In this document: one piece after another, positions 60,238-64,000 of the stretch
Layout: each line of letters opens with the position of its first letter
How positions within the stretch are numbered: the first letter of the stretch is position 1
Virus record (IMG/VR): IMGVR_UViG_3300042691_051382
DNA length: 64,000 bases
Direction: 5' to 3' (one strand)
From: a virus
The notes under the pieces: generated by a model
Seen by the model: only the letters and a program-made list of their open reading frames with translations
What the model was told of the DNA's origin: nothing
Databases searched by the model: none
Made by a program: the position numbers and the translations under genes

Positions 60238-62586
60238 TTAAAACTCAACAATCAGTTTGATTTCTTCTTTTTGTTCCAATGCTCGTTCAACAGGACGAAT
60301 ATTTTGAAGGTGAAGCACGGTTCCCGAACGATATTTCAGCTCTGGTTCCGAAATTATCGATGATATAACCGCGCCGGTTGTTCCGCTATTATTATATATT
60401 AAGTTTTGTGAAACAGCAAAAGATCCACTAATCGGAAGTAATCTTAAATTACCCGTAGTTGCGCCTGTGGCTGGAGTCCAATCCATAACGTAACCAGATG
60501 CGCTTGTGTTGGTAACGATCGAATCGCGAGTGAACGATTCGTCGTCAAATGAAACGGTTCCATCATAATACACTTCGAGACGCACGGTTTGATCGTAAAC
60601 CGTTTGCGAAGTTTCTTCGTATTCATCGATTTCGATTATCTTACCGATTGGTCCAGTTATCCCACCATAGTCGTTTCGCATCTGATAGATGTTTTCCGAC
60701 ATGTTGAAATTGCCATTAGGATATTCCAAATAAAGATTTCCAACTGCGTTTGTTCCGGTTTCGGGTTGCCATTTGTATATTTTTCCGTTAGACACAGAAG
60801 CTGTAATTTTATCACCTGTGTTTCCGTTACCAAAAGCAATATAATTCAATGTGAAATCGAGACCCGACGCATCAAAAGTGGATGTTTGTGATGGTGTTAA
60901 CTTGAGACGCTTGAGCAATCTGTATTCGGTTCCGGCGATTGTTTTTTCGTGAACTGAAACTATTTCTTGAGCGGTGATACCATTTACAAAACCACCAATC
61001 TCGAAATCGCCACCCGTTATGTTTCCGAGTGTGAGTTCGGAAGTTCCGGTGGTTCCCAATTTTCCAGATTTCCATGCTAGAATTTTTGCACTCGCTGCAT
61101 CGTAGCCAGTGACTCCGTATGCACCCGTGAGCGATTGCGTGGCGGTTGCACCGACTGTAAAACTGCTTGTTAAACCAGCACCCAACAAATTCACTCGAAT
61201 TTGTTTTTTACGCAAAAGTGGATTTTTCAAAAGAGCAAATTGACGATAATCGTTTTCGGTTGTAATTTTGCAACTTTCACCTTGCTCGAAATCTGTTACA
61301 ACCATCAAAGATGAAGCTCCAAGTTCACGAACCGGATTCGATCCGTGACCACCAATCGGAGACATTATGGCGGTTGCAAGCAAATTCATATCTGCGCTGA
61401 TTCCCGAAGCGAAAGTCAACCCTGCTATCACATTTACCGACGCATATGTGTAGTTCTTACCGTTGTTGATCAATTCGAAACGATCGAGATAACGCTGTCC
61501 CGTGGTACCTTCACACGAACACGAACCGGTTGAACTTGTGGCGGATATGGCCAAAAAAGAAACGCTAATCTCTGCCGCAGTTGCAGATGTGTGCAAACTG
61601 TTGGCATCGGCGATTCCATCGCCCGAAACAACAACTGTTGGTAATATCGAATAATATGTTGGATCTGCTCCACCGCTCACACCAAAATCTAATGGTGTTG
61701 CGAGCACAACTGTGGCGGTGCTGTTTGCGTTATTTACGAAATCTACAATTTTTCTCTGCTGACCCGAACCGCTTCCGCTTTCAAAGCGAATGCTCATGTT
61801 ATTGTAATAATCATTCTGATACACCAACTTTGATCCGCCGATTATAACAGCGGTGGCACCAGCAGCGGTGGTTCCTGCAACTTGATTTGCGGTGTCGAAA
61901 AACAACACACGATCCGAAATAACAACATCACGCAACGATTCGTTCAAATTTATAAAATCGATAGAGCCATCCACCGCATCGTTTTGAACATCGTATTGTA
62001 GTTGGCGGTCATCGTTTTCGTTTACACTTGTTACAAACTCAACCGGCATATAGCCGATACTCACGCCTTGTGTTTTTGTTAAAAACTTTCTTTTGGATTC
62101 GGATATCGAATAAAGATATTTCCATCGGTATCCATCCGAAAGCGTACGTATTTGAGAATCTGTATGTGTAGGTGCTACAGTAGAAGCAGCTCCGTAATTG
62201 TTATCGATACACTTGTAAACGCGTTCCTCGTCCACCAAAACATAAAATTTAGATGGAGTGACATCGTCGTACAAATCGATAGAGTCACGATAAGGATCAA
62301 AAACAATGTTTGGTTCCCAATCGTAACGTTTTATAACTATCGATACGTCGGATTTTTGTATCTTTTTGAACGCCATTGCTGTGCGCCAAAAGTCTGTATC
62401 GGATTTTACGCAGTCGATATTTTTGGGTGGAGCATTGTCTTGATTTGCACCAGATGCGCTGATCCATTCGGTTGGTTTACCGATACCAAGGAAAACGGTA
62501 TCGCCCGACAACACATCAAAATTTTGATAAAAATCTTGTATAAGATACTGTCGAAAATCTTGTCTAAATGGATCACATACGGGCAT
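60238..62586 (-). CDS. gp8: Baseplate wedge subunit
   Basis: VYKCIDNN, DGYRWKYLY, PIGGHGSNPVRELG, NDYRQ..L.KNP, QKEEIKLIVEF. Confidence 0.9.
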   Translation of the reverse strand: MPVCDPFRQDFRQYLIQDFYQNFDVLSGDTVFLGIGKPTEWISASGANQDNAPPKNIDCVKSDTDFWRTAMAFKKIQKSDVSIVIKRYDWEPNIVFDPYRDSIDLYDDVTPSKFYVLVDEERVYKCIDNNYGAASTVAPTHTDSQIRTLSDGYRWKYLYSISESKRKFLTKTQGVSIGYMPVEFVTSVNENDDRQLQYDVQNDAVDGSIDFINLNESLRDVVISDRVLFFDTANQVAGTTAAGATAVIIGGSKLVYQNDYYNNMSIRFESGSGSGQQRKIVDFVNNANSTATVVLATPLDFGVSGGADPTYYSILPTVVVSGDGIADANSLHTSATAAEISVSFLAISATSSTGSCSCEGTTGQRYLDRFELINNGKNYTYASVNVIAGLTFASGISADMNLLATAIMSPIGGHGSNPVRELGASSLMVVTDFEQGESCKITTENDYRQFALLKNPLLRKKQIRVNLLGAGLTSSFTVGATATQSLTGAYGVTGYDAASAKILAWKSGKLGTTGTSELTLGNITGGDFEIGGFVNGITAQEIVSVHEKTIAGTEYRLLKRLKLTPSQTSTFDASGLDFTLNYIAFGNGNTGDKITASVSNGKIYKWQPETGTNAVGNLYLEYPNGNFNMSENIYQMRNDYGGITGPIGKIIEIDEYEETSQTVYDQTVRLEVYYDGTVSFDDESFTRDSIVTNTSASGYVMDWTPATGATTGNLRLLPISGSFAVSQNLIYNNSGTTGAVISSIISEPELKYRSGTVLHLQNIRPVERALEQKEEIKLIVEF

Positions 62587-62607
62587 ACGTTTCTCTCTTT
62601 AATATAT

Positions 62608-63999
62608 TTATGGGTCGAATGATACATCTATCAAATCTGATTGGGTTGTTCCAGTGGCTGATCCGAAACCGCCACCGGTTAAACCGCCACCAAAAATATC
62701 TGGTATGATTTCGCTTGAATCGATTTGGAATGTTCCGGTGAATCCAGCCGGGAATCCGGTTGCTCCTGTTGCTCCTGTGGAACCAGTTGGAGCGGTGACA
62801 CCAGTCAAACCACCTGTTGTGCTTGTTGTTATGTAACAAATCGTGGCTTGCAGCAAATTGTTGGGGCTTGCATCGTGTGTGATTTGATTTGCCCATTCGA
62901 GAGCACAACGGAATTCTTCACCAACTGGCATATTAAAAAAGCTGTTTAAAGTTATTTTTCTAAACTCTGTGTTGCTGGAATATCTCAAAATTGCATATTT
63001 AAAATCACCAGTAAAACTGCTAGCCCAACCGTATCGCAACGAATCGGATGTCAAGTTCCATTCGGGCCACGATTGCGAGCCAGTTGTACCCAGCAAAAAG
63101 TCGTTTTTACCGGCTCCGACGCTAGCGGTTCCGTAAATACCTTTAAGATCGTATTCGATGCGAGCCAACACCGGCTCGTTGATGCGTCGATTTGGATGTT
63201 GGTATATAACCCACCAGGGGTCCGATGCAGGAAATCCTAAATTTGCCAATGGCGACAAAGGAATCTCAAAATTTATGCCTTCCGACACAGGATTCGGTTG
63301 AGTGGTTAGTATCGGATCGTGAATATTGGGGTCGTAACCGTATGCTGTTGCGCCAAACCAACTTCGTAAATCATCAAAAGTTTCGTTTGTGTACGGTAAA
63401 TAGTGTCCAATCAACGGAACTTCGTATTTGATAAGCGCACTTTCTGCATCCAAATTGGATTGAGCGCATCTTTTTATCAAAACTTGACCAAAAAATCCAA
63501 GACCCGCTGGGTGAATAAGACGTTTGAGTGCATCTCGATATTTGTTTACCACAAGTTCTGTTTTGAGAACATACGAATAATTTTGGTAGTAGTGATTGTC
63601 TTGTAAAACTTTGTTTGTGCTGAGACGACCGTCGTTGTTGGCATAATATCCAGCGAAATTACAAACAGCACCAATTGAACATGTTCCGCTGAATCCTGTT
63701 CCTTTTTCGGAACGCACGGTTATTGAAGGTGCGGTGTTGTAATTTATACCAAAATCTTCTATTTCAATTTTTAATATCTTGCCAGAGTTGTTTACTTGTG
63801 TGACTTTTGCTCGTGCGCCTTGACCGATATCACCCGCTGCATTTGTGAACACCACTCGATCGCCGACACGATATCCAGAACCACCCGAAGATATTGTTAT
63901 GGTTGCAGCAACCGAATATATTTTTGGTTCGATTACTTTTTCGGTTGCAGTTTCTATTTCAAGCGGTCGAGTAGCAACAAACGATCCATTTATGTTTCC
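62608..63999 (-). CDS. Baseplate wedge initiator (gp7-like), 5'-partial
   Basis: Frame stays open to the window edge; LQDNHYYQNYSYVLK...LIHPAG..FFG motif; upstream of gp8. Confidence 0.8.
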   Translation of the reverse strand, partial: GNINGSFVATRPLEIETATEKVIEPKIYSVAATITISSGGSGYRVGDRVVFTNAAGDIGQGARAKVTQVNNSGKILKIEIEDFGINYNTAPSITVRSEKGTGFSGTCSIGAVCNFAGYYANNDGRLSTNKVLQDNHYYQNYSYVLKTELVVNKYRDALKRLIHPAGLGFFGQVLIKRCAQSNLDAESALIKYEVPLIGHYLPYTNETFDDLRSWFGATAYGYDPNIHDPILTTQPNPVSEGINFEIPLSPLANLGFPASDPWWVIYQHPNRRINEPVLARIEYDLKGIYGTASVGAGKNDFLLGTTGSQSWPEWNLTSDSLRYGWASSFTGDFKYAILRYSSNTEFRKITLNSFFNMPVGEEFRCALEWANQITHDASPNNLLQATICYITTSTTGGLTGVTAPTGSTGATGATGFPAGFTGTFQIDSSEIIPDIFGGGLTGGGFGSATGTTQSDLIDVSFDP

Positions 64000-64000
64000 G

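Overview
This window is 64 kb from the genome of a large T4-like myovirus; the host cannot be identified from the sequence. Almost every gene is on the minus strand. In transcription order (right to left) it holds: (i) baseplate and virion genes (gp7 partial, gp8, VrlC/DUF4815-like), a TPR-GT2 glycosyltransferase and a collagen-bearing fibre; (ii) neck, tail and head genes gp13-gp23 plus gp3; (iii) uvsY, uvsW, gp55, gp47, gp46 and uvsX; (iv) a ~12 kb AT-rich sugar-nucleotide/glycosyltransferase island; (v) gp41 and three tRNA genes with HNH nucleases; (vi) a RimK-RimB-like fusion and a cluster of probable capsid-internal proteins with T4-type capsid-targeting N-termini. The main highlight is a candidate phage-encoded virion O-glycosylation system. 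Gly-x-Thr-(Gly/Ala/Ser) motifs are scattered through nearly all outer structural proteins but are rare in the enzymes, a TPR-GT2 sits next to a BclA-like collagen fibre, and the genome carries a 13-gene glycan island. Other highlights: two naturally split inteins (uvsX fractured around a free-standing HNH-NUMOD3 gene, and terminase with a very short IntN fused in frame to a related HNH); a structurally non-canonical tRNA-Ile(UAU); and an unannotated 31-aa basic peptide. All protein family calls come from recognising motifs by eye, not from database searches.
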